From an uncultured virus (IMG/VR IMGVR_UViG_3300023210_002494) (taxonomy: Duplodnaviria > Heunggongvirae > Uroviricota > Caudoviricetes), in IMG/VR virus record IMGVR_UViG_3300023210_002494: 64,000 nt of DNA; one strand, 5' to 3'. How positions within the stretch are numbered: position 1 is the first letter of the stretch; the number at the start of each line of letters is the position of its first letter. The position numbers were made by a program, and so were the translations under genes. Shown here one piece after another: positions 29,794 to 40,433 of the stretch. The notes beneath the pieces are model-generated. The model saw only the letters and a program-made list of their open reading frames with translations, searched no databases and was not told the origin of the DNA.

Positions 29794-32217
29794 ATGAGTT
29801 ATATAATTAAAAACAGTACACAAGGAGCTATAGTAGCTAGATTAACAGACGCTGGTAGGAAAAAACTATCAGAAGGTAAATTAAATATTGGGTTATTTCA
29901 GATAGGAGATAGTGAATTCTGTTATGATTGTTATACAAATTCATTGGCTTTTGGTACTGGAACTAATGTTTTACAAGCAGAACATAACGCACAGAATCTT
30001 CTAGGTTATCCAGCAAAAAATAAAGGTCATATAAAATACCCACTACAAGACGGTATCGCTAGTGGTGATACTTTTGGGCCTACTATACCACAACCAGGTT
30101 ATGAAGAAGTTTACAACACAGCAGCTCAAAGAGGATTTTTTAGTGGTACTGGGTGTAACTTTGGAGCACAAGTAGACTTTCAGTACACATTAAACTCAAA
30201 CTGGGTAACAGCAACATCAGCTATGACTGGAACAGCAACAATGCAAATATTAAGTGCTGGTACAACAAGTCTTTTTGCTGACGAATGTTATACCGACATT
30301 GATTACACACCTATGCCAGGAGATTTAATTTCCGTAACTTACCAATTATCTGGTAGTAGTAGTTGTTTTGAATTAGAATGTGATGCACCATCACCTACAT
30401 TATTCTACCAAGTTTTAGATAATGGAGGTGTAGCGTCTAACCAACAAAACACAACTATAACGTTAACATTAGATAGAAACATAGCTGATTTTAATAATAG
30501 TGCAAACCTAGCGTTCCAATCTTATTCTGCTGAAACTTTTGCGAGGGTAAGAGTTTATCCTGGATTTTCAGCTGACCCTATGACAACTGATAGTATATAT
30601 GTCACAGCAAATACATCTACTTATTGGTGTAATGACACTTTATCATTTAATAGTTGTTGTGATGTTTCAGAATTTGATGCACAGATATGGAATATGAATA
30701 TTAATTGGACACATACAGTTGCGGGTGTAGATACTAGTATATACGAAGGTGTAAATCAATATGGTTCCAGTGGTTATTCAGGTTCTAAAGAGTACTTTGG
30801 GTTGGAAAGTGATAACGGACAAACTTTTAGTGATACTCACTTTGACGACTACCAAGACTACTACGCTGGAACTTGGTATTATGATTCATACAATAATATA
30901 AGGGGTGTAAAACCTTCAGAACAAAAATGTGCTGGATTCATACACTATACAAATCTTAATACTACAGATTTTTATGGTGAAAAATTTGCTTTAGAATCAC
31001 AAGGATATAACCCAGCAACCACAATTGGTGAAGCACGTAATTTTAAAATGCACTTACCTTGGTTAATGTGGCATAAAAAAACTAGTACTACAGGTTCTGG
31101 TGTTGGTACTGGTATGGGTGATGAAACAGTATACGGTCAAACATTTTATGTCGACCCAGCAGGGTTTAGTGTGTTCCCAGTAGGGGCACAACCACACATT
31201 ATGCAATCCAATGTTAACCCTAATATGAATGATGATGGTCTAAGGTATTATAATTTATGGGATGATAATTCTGGTAGTGGTACTACTAGCCCTAATAGAG
31301 TTGGTAAGGTTTTCCCAGATTATAAAATGGTTGTAATTGATGACGAAGAATTGTTAACGGCAATGTCTTATAAGTCTAATAGGAGTTGGACACTACCAGC
31401 ACCTAAAACAGAAAAGTTTAATGCTGTAACAATTTGTACTACTGGTTGTACTGGTGGTGCTGTACAGTTTGTTGGAGATACATTATATATGACTTACCTA
31501 TTAGTTAATACTGGTATGACAACAGGATTACACTGTAATTATTATGTTAAAGAAACCATGCAAGCTGGACAAAATGCTTTTGATGTAGCATTTACATTAG
31601 GTAGAGAATTTCCCTACTTAATTACTGATGAATTAGGTACTGGATTTACTGCAACAGAAATACACATACTAACACAATTAGTGACTAACGGTAATACCCT
31701 TAACCCAGCTAATTGGGAGATGAGAAATGTTACATCACAACTAGCCAATCATACTGTAGGTGATAAAATCGCAGCTTCAAAACTAGTAGGTCATACCTTT
31801 AATATAACAGAAGATTATACAGCTGGTAGTACAGTTACTTGTCCATACTATTCGGCTATGACATCATACAACTTAGACAATTACATAAACATCCCAAGTA
31901 TCACAGAACCGACACACTTACAATTTGGTGACGAATACTTCTTTTATGGTAGTCTAGATACTGATATAATGGCAACTATTTACGAAATGAAACATGTGGT
32001 ACAATTAGGAAATAATCAATATACACAATCAACAAACCCAACATGGGTAGATTATAATATCGCAAACCCTACTGGACCAACAGCTAATGCTAGAGTAACT
32101 GAAATTGGTTTATTTGATAACGAAAATGGAAATCCAGATTTAATGGCTATTGCTAAATTACAATCACCTATTACAAGGACAGGAACTCAACAATTTACAA
32201 TATCTATTGATTTTTAA
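29794..32217 (+). CDS. Structural protein with tail-collar (DUF3751-like) N- and C-terminal motifs
   Basis: N-terminal RLTDAGRKKL..FQIGDSE; C-terminal RVTEIGLFD..LMAIAKLQSPI. Confidence 0.65.
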   Translation: MSYIIKNSTQGAIVARLTDAGRKKLSEGKLNIGLFQIGDSEFCYDCYTNSLAFGTGTNVLQAEHNAQNLLGYPAKNKGHIKYPLQDGIASGDTFGPTIPQPGYEEVYNTAAQRGFFSGTGCNFGAQVDFQYTLNSNWVTATSAMTGTATMQILSAGTTSLFADECYTDIDYTPMPGDLISVTYQLSGSSSCFELECDAPSPTLFYQVLDNGGVASNQQNTTITLTLDRNIADFNNSANLAFQSYSAETFARVRVYPGFSADPMTTDSIYVTANTSTYWCNDTLSFNSCCDVSEFDAQIWNMNINWTHTVAGVDTSIYEGVNQYGSSGYSGSKEYFGLESDNGQTFSDTHFDDYQDYYAGTWYYDSYNNIRGVKPSEQKCAGFIHYTNLNTTDFYGEKFALESQGYNPATTIGEARNFKMHLPWLMWHKKTSTTGSGVGTGMGDETVYGQTFYVDPAGFSVFPVGAQPHIMQSNVNPNMNDDGLRYYNLWDDNSGSGTTSPNRVGKVFPDYKMVVIDDEELLTAMSYKSNRSWTLPAPKTEKFNAVTICTTGCTGGAVQFVGDTLYMTYLLVNTGMTTGLHCNYYVKETMQAGQNAFDVAFTLGREFPYLITDELGTGFTATEIHILTQLVTNGNTLNPANWEMRNVTSQLANHTVGDKIAASKLVGHTFNITEDYTAGSTVTCPYYSAMTSYNLDNYINIPSITEPTHLQFGDEYFFYGSLDTDIMATIYEMKHVVQLGNNQYTQSTNPTWVDYNIANPTGPTANARVTEIGLFDNENGNPDLMAIAKLQSPITRTGTQQFTISIDF

Positions 32218-33026
32218 TGGGATTTTTAAATATACATAACAATTCTTTATCTGGTAATACACTAAGAATGTACTTGTCTGATTATGGTAAAGCGGTACTA
32301 ACTTCAGAAGTAAGTTTACTAGATTCTATAGAAAAATTCGGACTTTCAGATTCTGATATGGATTATCGTAGATTTGTAGGTGGTGGTAGTTGTGTTAACG
32401 CAATTACTGTTACTGGTAATTGTGGTGTAACTGGTACTAGTGTTAGTGCTTTAACAGAAACTTGTTTTTATGATTTACCAGATTCTAGAGGTGGTGACCC
32501 ACTAGTACTTTCAGGAGATTATGGTACACTAGCTTCAGTTATGGTAGGACCAATATTTGAAATGAAAAAAGGAAATATAAAGTTTTATAATAGTACAATA
32601 GGGAGTAATTATAACCAATCAACATTATGGTCAACATATAGAGAACCAAAAAACCACCAAAAAGTAGAAACACCAGCATCTGGTATGAAAAGTAGTTGTT
32701 GGAGTCTAGGTGGGTCAGTAGTTAGTTATTTCCCATCCTACTGTATAACTTGTGCTGATTTTAATAGTGATGGTTACGTAGATATTAATGATTTTAAAAC
32801 TTTTTTAAGTCTTATGGGTAATGAAACTAAAAACAATGAATTAGTGGGAGATTTTGATGGTGATGGTGTAGTAGGAGTAAAAGACTTAAACAGTTTTTTA
32901 AAATGTTTAGGTAATAATGGTGAAAATGTGTTAGAGTACTGTAAAGATGAATACGTGTTTTGTATGTTGTGTGAGTACTTAGGTAAAGAATCACCCTGTA
33001 ATGGAGATTGCATAACATGTATTTAA
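32217..33026 (+). CDS. Structural protein with C-terminal dockerin-like (duplicated Ca-binding loop) domain
   Basis: N-terminal YLSDYGK..KFGLSDSDMDY; ADFNSDGYVDINDF and GDFDGDGVVGVKDL repeats. Confidence 0.7.
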   Translation: MGFLNIHNNSLSGNTLRMYLSDYGKAVLTSEVSLLDSIEKFGLSDSDMDYRRFVGGGSCVNAITVTGNCGVTGTSVSALTETCFYDLPDSRGGDPLVLSGDYGTLASVMVGPIFEMKKGNIKFYNSTIGSNYNQSTLWSTYREPKNHQKVETPASGMKSSCWSLGGSVVSYFPSYCITCADFNSDGYVDINDFKTFLSLMGNETKNNELVGDFDGDGVVGVKDLNSFLKCLGNNGENVLEYCKDEYVFCMLCEYLGKESPCNGDCITCI

Positions 33027-33074
33027 ATAAAAAAATCGTTTAACGAGATAATTATATAATAAGAGAATAAAAAA

Positions 33075-34961
33075 ATGGCATATATAACAAGTGCAACAAC
33101 AACCACATTAGAGTTACAATTAACTGATGAAGGACGCAAACGTATTTTAGAGAGTAAAAGTTTGGTATCTTTATTTGAAAAATTTGCTATTTCAGATGGG
33201 GACATAGACTATAGGAATACCCAACAACATGCAGATACAAATATTACAACTAATGATTCAGCTCAATTAGGATACCTTCCTTATGTTACCGGTAATTTAA
33301 TTAATTTTAGAAAACAAATTAATAATGGTTATAAACAAGATAGTATAATATGGTCAACACCAGAAAGTAATACAGTAAATGTTAAAGGTGGTGAGAGTAC
33401 ATATGTAGCTGTTGGGGTAAAAACAACAAATGGTTCTGTAAAATACTATAGAGATACTCTAGAATTAGATGTTTATCTACACGATTATTTTGTACTTAAT
33501 AAACTACTGGCTTCAAAGTATATAACAGACCATAAAGATGTATTATCCACTAACCCAACAACTATAGAAACTAGTTTAGATAATTATTTTAACGATACTT
33601 TAAATGTTTTAACATCTTCTGATTATAACTCTTTTTTAAATGATTTATCTGAATTTGGTATTACACAATATTTAGATTTTTGGGATTCTGTAAAAGTTTA
33701 TGATGGTGCTAATTTTAATACTGAAGATATTAAAATGGTACCTTATAAAGATTTTAGTTATTATAATGGTTTATCTTTAGCTGGTGGAGCATTTATGCCA
33801 AGAGGTGAAAATATGGGTATTAATTTTAGTGGTACATATTTAAAAGGTTTAAATGTTGCTTCCCCATTTTCTTTGGTATTTTCACCTTCATTAAATAGTA
33901 CGGGTAGTAGGTATACTACTGGTTCTGGTTCTGCGGGTATTGGTTTTGAAGCATTTGGTATGGGATATTTAAATTGTGGTGGTGTAAATACTTGGAACGA
34001 TGATAGTACAGCACCATACCCAACTTTTGATATGACTAACAAACAAACTGGTTGGTCAGTAGATAGTGATAATATTACTAGTACATTTATAGGGTTTGTC
34101 ACAGCGGTAGATATGGAAACAAGTGTAGATACTGAAGTCTTTGCAGCAGCAGGATACTCTAACATAACAACAACAATACCAACCGCTAGATTAGTACTAA
34201 ACATTACTAAAGGTAATGACACGTCACCAACCTACTACCCAATAAAATTAAAAAGACTAAGTCAAGAACAAGGGGCGTACCAAAACATTAACTCACAAAA
34301 TGCTAAGGGTATAAATATTACACATACAACACACCCTTCAGATACGTTTGGTCTATTGATAGGTGGATTAGAATACTCATCAAATTGGAACACAAACCAA
34401 CAAGGATTTAGGTCCTCAGGTCAATATTTTGGTATTAACCCATCTAAAGATAACTCTCAAGTGGTAACACCAGGTAGAGTTGCTGCACAAACAGAACCAT
34501 ACTATACTTTAAGTACACGTATGATGAAGATGGCTGATGACATATTTGTTGGTGTAGCTTCACAAAATAATAATTTTTGGATGACCGACACATACAGTGG
34601 TGGGTTTAGAAGTGGATTAAGTGGGTCAAGTATAAACCACTATAATATATCTATCCCAGTTACTTGGACAGTATACTCAAAAAACTCCCCTGGTGCAGCA
34701 CCTTGTAAAGTAACAGTAAGATTTAAGTTTAATAAAGAAGCTGTAACAGATTCTATCTCATACAATAATGTATCATCACAAAATTACTATAGAATATATG
34801 ATGATGCAGAGTTTAAATTCTATGGTGCAGCAGGAGAAACTAAAACATCTTTTTCACCAGACCCTAGAGGTTTTGGGTACGCATCAGGTGCTTCAACAAC
34901 ATGGACAACTAGTGGTGGTGACGCATTATTTAGAAAAGTAATAACAGGACAAGAAATTTAA
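33075..34961 (+). CDS. Structural protein, paralog of the 29794/32217 N-terminal domain
   Basis: LQLTDEGRKRIL..KFAISDGDIDY. Confidence 0.65.
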   Translation: MAYITSATTTTLELQLTDEGRKRILESKSLVSLFEKFAISDGDIDYRNTQQHADTNITTNDSAQLGYLPYVTGNLINFRKQINNGYKQDSIIWSTPESNTVNVKGGESTYVAVGVKTTNGSVKYYRDTLELDVYLHDYFVLNKLLASKYITDHKDVLSTNPTTIETSLDNYFNDTLNVLTSSDYNSFLNDLSEFGITQYLDFWDSVKVYDGANFNTEDIKMVPYKDFSYYNGLSLAGGAFMPRGENMGINFSGTYLKGLNVASPFSLVFSPSLNSTGSRYTTGSGSAGIGFEAFGMGYLNCGGVNTWNDDSTAPYPTFDMTNKQTGWSVDSDNITSTFIGFVTAVDMETSVDTEVFAAAGYSNITTTIPTARLVLNITKGNDTSPTYYPIKLKRLSQEQGAYQNINSQNAKGINITHTTHPSDTFGLLIGGLEYSSNWNTNQQGFRSSGQYFGINPSKDNSQVVTPGRVAAQTEPYYTLSTRMMKMADDIFVGVASQNNNFWMTDTYSGGFRSGLSGSSINHYNISIPVTWTVYSKNSPGAAPCKVTVRFKFNKEAVTDSISYNNVSSQNYYRIYDDAEFKFYGAAGETKTSFSPDPRGFGYASGASTTWTTSGGDALFRKVITGQEI

Positions 34962-34965
34962 AATT

Positions 34966-35400
34966 ATGAATATAAAAGCATTAAGTTGGTATAGACAAAA
35001 CAGTGATTACACTGAAAATAGTGGAAAAGTAAATAAACTACCTATTGCGTACTTTGATACACAAATTGTAAAAGGCGGTAGATTAAGGTATCAAGATACG
35101 ATATCAACTAACGAAACAGGACTACCTTATTTTGGTACACCAGGAGAATACGGTGCAAGATTCAAAACCTCAAAATACTTATCAGTTATGAGTCCACCAA
35201 GTAAAGGTAAAATAATGTTTGCCGACTATATAGGTAATGGAAAATTAACTAAAAGAAGTGTTTTTCCTGGAATTGAAAGTAACGGTAATAATATGAGTGA
35301 GGCTAGCCCTTTTCATATGATAAAACTTTACTTTCCTGGTAGAGCTTCATTAGCTTTAGACATAAACCCCGCTTCGGCTAACTATAAAAATTGGAATTAA
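34966..35400 (+). CDS. Hypothetical protein (structural module)
   Basis: 144-aa ORF tightly packed between structural genes. Confidence 0.55.
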   Translation: MNIKALSWYRQNSDYTENSGKVNKLPIAYFDTQIVKGGRLRYQDTISTNETGLPYFGTPGEYGARFKTSKYLSVMSPPSKGKIMFADYIGNGKLTKRSVFPGIESNGNNMSEASPFHMIKLYFPGRASLALDINPASANYKNWN

Positions 35401-35401
35401 A

Positions 35402-36607
35402 ATGGGAAAACTTAAAAAAATACAACCAAACGAAAAATTTATTGAGACAACATTAGTACCTTGGTCAGGAAATGGATGGACAACAACAACTGGAACTTCA
35501 TTAACGTTTACAGCTGTTCAAAGGGACCCATCTAATGGAAGACCATTCTCAAATCTTTTTTCTTCATTTAACCTACCAACAACATCTGCTCAGTGTGAGT
35601 CATTTGCTTCTTCTTGGGTAAGAACTGGATTTAGTGGACTAAGCCAAGAAAATGTGGTAGTTGTGGATATAGGAGCAAATACCTATGGTGAACTTATAGA
35701 TGGAAGAACAATTAAACTAACACTACCTATGGGTGGTTCATACCGCGGTGGAAGTGAGGTTGGTAACACCCTAGATTTTTATAGCTCTTATTACGAACCA
35801 GAGCCATTTTCATCAGACAATTCCTTCAACGCTGAATTTTTTGGTAACCCAACACTTAAAGGGAATAGAAAAGGAAATCCTAGTTTACAATCTTCTAATA
35901 TAGCTTTCTTATTTACCGACGAAATTCTAGGTCCAGAAATAACAGGTACTAGTACAACCATATCAAATTGGTCAAGTGGTTGGCAACAAAATGTAATACC
36001 AAATGGGTATGTTGACGGAGGGGTGGATAACTTTAGATTTACGGACACTGTTTCTACATCTAACACACCAAAAGCTTATGCACAATCCCAAGATAAACCA
36101 GTGGGTATATGTTACTTAGATAAAGGGTTTATAGTTTTAACCGACCCTACAATAGTACAAAACTTCTTATTTTCAGGTTCAGCATCAGGTACTAGTGCAA
36201 CAACAATTGATTACGGATACACCGGAGCAGAATCAGCATTCACTCAAGTGTTTTTTACAGCAGACACGTCAGGTTCTTGTACTTATTATTCTTTTGAAAG
36301 AGAAATACAGTTAACAATTAATATAGTCGCCAATTCGGGTGAGTTTTACATAACTGAAAACCAAACTGCGTCTAGTGCAGAAGCACCAAATTATGGTGCG
36401 GGAGGTACAGATACCGGAATACAATTTATGACACCATTTGGGGAGGTAAACCAAGTTTGGGATATATCAGACGTTACCTCCACATATATAACTGAAATAG
36501 GTTTATATGATGCCCAAAATAGGTTGTTAGGGATAGCAAAACCAGACAGACCAATTAAAAAAGCTAAAAACACACCAGTAACCTTGACTTTGAAGTTAAA
36601 ATTTTAA
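35402..36607 (+). CDS. Structural protein with C-terminal tail-collar-like motif
   Basis: YITEIGLYDAQNRLLGIAKPDRPIKK..LTLKLKF. Confidence 0.65.
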   Translation: MGKLKKIQPNEKFIETTLVPWSGNGWTTTTGTSLTFTAVQRDPSNGRPFSNLFSSFNLPTTSAQCESFASSWVRTGFSGLSQENVVVVDIGANTYGELIDGRTIKLTLPMGGSYRGGSEVGNTLDFYSSYYEPEPFSSDNSFNAEFFGNPTLKGNRKGNPSLQSSNIAFLFTDEILGPEITGTSTTISNWSSGWQQNVIPNGYVDGGVDNFRFTDTVSTSNTPKAYAQSQDKPVGICYLDKGFIVLTDPTIVQNFLFSGSASGTSATTIDYGYTGAESAFTQVFFTADTSGSCTYYSFEREIQLTINIVANSGEFYITENQTASSAEAPNYGAGGTDTGIQFMTPFGEVNQVWDISDVTSTYITEIGLYDAQNRLLGIAKPDRPIKKAKNTPVTLTLKLKF

Positions 36608-36617
36608 TATTTTAAAT

Positions 36618-37214
36618 ATGAAGAATATTGGAAACTCGCCTAAAATTTTAGGTTTAGATATATCTACAAAAACTATAGGATGGGCACTGTTTGATTTACA
36701 GGGTGGCCAATTACTAGAACTAACTCATTTTTCTCCTAAGATAAAACCAACACCAGAAAGTAAAATTGAGGAGATGTTAAAAAAAACAGACCAGTTTAAG
36801 AATAAGTTAATAGACTGTAGTAAAATGGGTATTACACAAGTTATAATTGAAGAACCACTTATGAATTCTAATAATATTAGAACAGTTTCTACTCTAATGA
36901 GATATAATTCTTTTATAACTAGAATTATATATGAGGTTTTAGGTATTATACCACAATATATATCCACATATAACTCTAGAAAATTTGCCTTTCCTAAATT
37001 ATTTACTGAAAATAAAAAAGGTAGAAAAGTTTTATTTGGTAACTATGATGTTGGTTGTGATAAAAAACAAATTATTTGGCAACAAGTTTCAGATAAAGAA
37101 CCACACTTAACCTGGGCTTACACAAGAAATAACACCCTTAAAAAAGAAAATTTTGACATGGCTGATGCTTATACTTGTGTACTAGGTGCTATGAAACAAA
37201 AAGATATTTGGTAA
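36618..37214 (+). CDS. RuvC-like Holliday junction resolvase
   Basis: ILGLDISTKTIGWALF; VIIEEP; DMADAY acidic residues of the RNase H/RuvC fold. Confidence 0.75.
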   Translation: MKNIGNSPKILGLDISTKTIGWALFDLQGGQLLELTHFSPKIKPTPESKIEEMLKKTDQFKNKLIDCSKMGITQVIIEEPLMNSNNIRTVSTLMRYNSFITRIIYEVLGIIPQYISTYNSRKFAFPKLFTENKKGRKVLFGNYDVGCDKKQIIWQQVSDKEPHLTWAYTRNNTLKKENFDMADAYTCVLGAMKQKDIW

Positions 37215-37243
37215 TTGATTAATTACTAAAGATTCCATATACT
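37215..37243 (+). promoter_or_regulatory. Sigma70-type promoter TTGATT-N17-TATACT, 6 nt before ATG
   Basis: Read directly; same geometry as several other sites. Confidence 0.65.
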
Positions 37244-37249
37244 TAAAGT

Positions 37250-38164
37250 ATGGAAGACAACCCACTACTAATAGAATTATTACAAGATGTACTAGGTGAA
37301 ATAAACTCACACTACCCGAACAAAGGACAAATATCTTTTGATTGTCCAGTATGTTCTTACGACATTAAAGGATTAGATAATGGTGACGGTAAAGGTAATT
37401 TTGAAGTAAACTACAATCAAGGAGTCTATAAATGTTGGGCTTGTTCAGAAACCTACTCTACACACGGTTCATTAAATAAACTATTTTTAAAATGGGGTAA
37501 TAAAAGAAACAAATCTACCTGGAAATTAATAGGTGGTGATTTTATTAAAACACAAAAAAGAAAATATGAAGATGTTACTTTACCCGACGAGTATATTTCA
37601 TTCAGTAAAGGTAACAAATTAACCATACCTTATAAAGAAGCCTACAACTACTTAAGAAAAAGAAACATAAGTAATGAATTAATAACAAAATATTCTATCG
37701 GTTACACCACAGAGGGTAAGTATAGAGGAAGAATAATAATACCATCATTTGACGACAAAGGAGAAATAAACTATTTTGTGTCTAGGTCTTATGTGGGCCA
37801 TAAAAATAAGTACAAAAACCCAGAAGCAGAAAAAGATAAAATAATATTTAATGAACACCATATAAATTGGGAAGAAAATATTTATTTGGTTGAGGGGGTC
37901 TTCGATATGTTTTTTGTCAACAACTCGATACCAGTACTAGGTAAAAATGTTAGTGATAAACTTTGGGGTAAACTATATGATAACTGTAAAAAAAATATTA
38001 TAATATGTTTAGATGGTGATGCTTGGAAAGACGCACAACAACTATATAGAAAACTAGATGGTGGAAAACTAACAGGAAGAATAAAAATAATAAAATTACC
38101 ACAAGATAAAGATGTTGGTGAACTTGGTGGTATAAAAGGGTTAAAAGAAATAACACTATTATAA
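37250..38164 (+). CDS. DNA primase (Zn-binding plus TOPRIM)
   Basis: CPVC..YKCWAC; GRIIIP; KYKNP; LVEGVFD; CLDGDA; DKDVGE. Confidence 0.85.
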   Translation: MEDNPLLIELLQDVLGEINSHYPNKGQISFDCPVCSYDIKGLDNGDGKGNFEVNYNQGVYKCWACSETYSTHGSLNKLFLKWGNKRNKSTWKLIGGDFIKTQKRKYEDVTLPDEYISFSKGNKLTIPYKEAYNYLRKRNISNELITKYSIGYTTEGKYRGRIIIPSFDDKGEINYFVSRSYVGHKNKYKNPEAEKDKIIFNEHHINWEENIYLVEGVFDMFFVNNSIPVLGKNVSDKLWGKLYDNCKKNIIICLDGDAWKDAQQLYRKLDGGKLTGRIKIIKLPQDKDVGELGGIKGLKEITLL

Positions 38165-38165
38165 A

Positions 38166-38936
38166 ATGAAAATAACTAGAGAATTAGCTAAATTTAACAA
38201 TATAAAGTTTCATGATAAGGAACACATATATTATTTAGATGGGGTAAAAACAAAATCAGTAACTTCTGTAATTGGAAAGTATAAACATCCCTTTGATAAA
38301 GATTTTTGGTCAAAGAAAAAAGCTGATGAAAGAGGTATAACTAAAGATGAAATATTAAAAGAATGGAAATACAAAGCAGATTTTTCTTGTGAAAAAGGTT
38401 CTGCTTTTCACGAATATGTAGAAAATTTTTTAACAAATAAATTATTTCCTTTTCCAGAATATAAAATTACAGAAGCTTTAGGTAGTACAGAAAATATGTT
38501 AGAGTGCAAAGGAGCGGTAGATAAATTAATAAAAATGTTTGATGGTTTTTACGAAAAATCTTTTGGTAGACTTATCCCAGTAAGAGCAGAGGTTGTTGTT
38601 GGTGATAAAGAATGGGGAATAACCGGAATGATTGACCAACTGTTCTTTAATGAAAAATCTAAAAAATTAGAAATATGGGATTGGAAAACTAATAAAGCTA
38701 TTAAAAAAGAAAACAAATGGCAACAATTTAAAGAACCGTTAAATCATTTAGATGTTTGTGAGTTAAATACTTACTCATTACAATTATCTTTCTATAAATT
38801 AATAGTAGAAAGAAATACCGAACTAGAAATAGGGGACTGTTACATAGTATGGTTCAATGAAAAAAATGAAACTTACCAGATAATAAAGTGCTACGACTTT
38901 AGAGAAGAAATTTTAAAAATAATGGGAAATGAATAA
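38166..38936 (+). CDS. PD-(D/E)XK exonuclease
   Basis: HIYY..SVTSVI; GSAFHEYVE; E..GITGMIDQLF..IWDWKT; YSLQLSFY. Confidence 0.8.
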   Translation: MKITRELAKFNNIKFHDKEHIYYLDGVKTKSVTSVIGKYKHPFDKDFWSKKKADERGITKDEILKEWKYKADFSCEKGSAFHEYVENFLTNKLFPFPEYKITEALGSTENMLECKGAVDKLIKMFDGFYEKSFGRLIPVRAEVVVGDKEWGITGMIDQLFFNEKSKKLEIWDWKTNKAIKKENKWQQFKEPLNHLDVCELNTYSLQLSFYKLIVERNTELEIGDCYIVWFNEKNETYQIIKCYDFREEILKIMGNE

Positions 38937-39651
38937 TTTAATAAAAGTTAGACTAAAAGATATATGGTCTCCCATATATAAGGATAAAAAACCAAACCTT
39001 AAATCTTGGTTTTATGGTTGGGATAAACTTAAAAAAAGTATTGTGGAAAATGGTTATGACCCCGAAAATTTTACACACATGGAGGTTTACAAAAGTGAAG
39101 ATGACGACTCAAAATACATACTTATAAATGGTAACCACAGACTAAAAATACTAGAAGAGTTATATGGTTTAGATTATGAAGTGACTGTAAACCTTAACGA
39201 TAGTCCTAAAAGTGCCACAAAAGGTTTGTACGATAGATTAGTTAGGCCACTACTTAGTACTACAACACTAAATAAAATAATAAATATTATGATTTTACTT
39301 ATAACTATATGGTATTTCTTTATTGTTAACTTTATACCGACTGCCGTATGTGGGATTAGTCTTTGGTTTGTATTACAGTATTTTCCAGAAGGTAATTATG
39401 ATAAAAGATTACATTACGAACCTAATAAAGATAAAAAAAAATGGGCAGACTCATATCCATTTTTTTATGAAATATTATTAAATATAAATAAAAATCTTAG
39501 GGTAATATTAGTGGCTGTATTTTTAATTACCTATTTAATTTACTTAGCCGCAAATAGTTTTATACATTTGTGTATTGTGTTAATTTTATTAACAATATTT
39601 TTAAGAATTAAAGAAAATGTAGTAAAGGGAATTTATAAAGACAAAAAATGA
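38929..39651 (+). CDS. ParB/sulfiredoxin-like N-terminal domain fused to transmembrane helices
   Basis: LKKSIVENGYDP..YILINGNHRLKIL; about four hydrophobic segments in the C-terminal half. Confidence 0.55.
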   Translation: MNNLIKVRLKDIWSPIYKDKKPNLKSWFYGWDKLKKSIVENGYDPENFTHMEVYKSEDDDSKYILINGNHRLKILEELYGLDYEVTVNLNDSPKSATKGLYDRLVRPLLSTTTLNKIINIMILLITIWYFFIVNFIPTAVCGISLWFVLQYFPEGNYDKRLHYEPNKDKKKWADSYPFFYEILLNINKNLRVILVAVFLITYLIYLAANSFIHLCIVLILLTIFLRIKENVVKGIYKDKK

Positions 39652-40433
39652 AAATAAAAACTATAGTACATTACTCGGACCTACATTTAAAATTATATAA
39701 ACAACATACTAGAGATAAAAATATTTTAGAAGTTGCTTTAAAAGAGTGGAAAAAATTATCACCAGATAGAATTGTTTTTACTGGGGACTTTGTACACTCC
39801 AAAAATCAAATGACCCCAGAATTAATAAATTTAATGTCTTGGTTTATGACAGAAACAGCAAAAATATGTAAGTGTGTTTATATTATTGGTAATCACGATT
39901 TTTTAGAAAATAATTTAGATAGGGTTGATGCTCTTTCACCATTAGTAGACAGTTTAAAAAACGTAAACATAAAATACTATAAAGATAGGGGCTGTTATGT
40001 GGATGAAAATATTCTATGGTGTGTATACTCCCTAACCTCACACAACACCAAACCAGATATACCAGACTATTGTGAAGAACATAAAATAGGACTCTTTCAC
40101 GGTCCTATAATAGGGTTATATACTGATATTGGTTTTGAGTTTGAAGATGGTTATAATGTAGAAATATTTGAAGGGTGTGATGTGGTGTTTGCTGGTGACA
40201 TACATAAAAGACAAACTTTTAAAATACCAGGAAATAAAAAAGCGTATATGGTTGGGTCAATGATAAATCAAAATTTCGGAGAAAGTATAAAAAATCATGG
40301 ATATGGTGTTTATAATGTTGAAACACAAAAATATAAGTTTTTTAATATTGATAATGCACAACCTTATCTTAATTTTAAAATAAAAGATATTGAAGATATT
40401 GAAAATAATAAAGAAATTTTAACAAATGCTTAA
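39648..40433 (+). CDS. Metallophosphoesterase, SbcD/Mre11 (T4 gp47-like) recombination nuclease
   Basis: SDLH; TGDFVH; GNHD; LFHG; GDIHKRQ; GS..QNFGE. Confidence 0.85.
   Translation: MKIKTIVHYSDLHLKLYKQHTRDKNILEVALKEWKKLSPDRIVFTGDFVHSKNQMTPELINLMSWFMTETAKICKCVYIIGNHDFLENNLDRVDALSPLVDSLKNVNIKYYKDRGCYVDENILWCVYSLTSHNTKPDIPDYCEEHKIGLFHGPIIGLYTDIGFEFEDGYNVEIFEGCDVVFAGDIHKRQTFKIPGNKKAYMVGSMINQNFGESIKNHGYGVYNVETQKYKFFNIDNAQPYLNFKIKDIEDIENNKEILTNA

Noticed and set aside
36618..37214. RuvC as part of a Cas12/TnpB or transposase
   Set aside because: Short stand-alone RuvC next to primase, with no array, terminal repeats or zinc finger; it fits a phage resolvase
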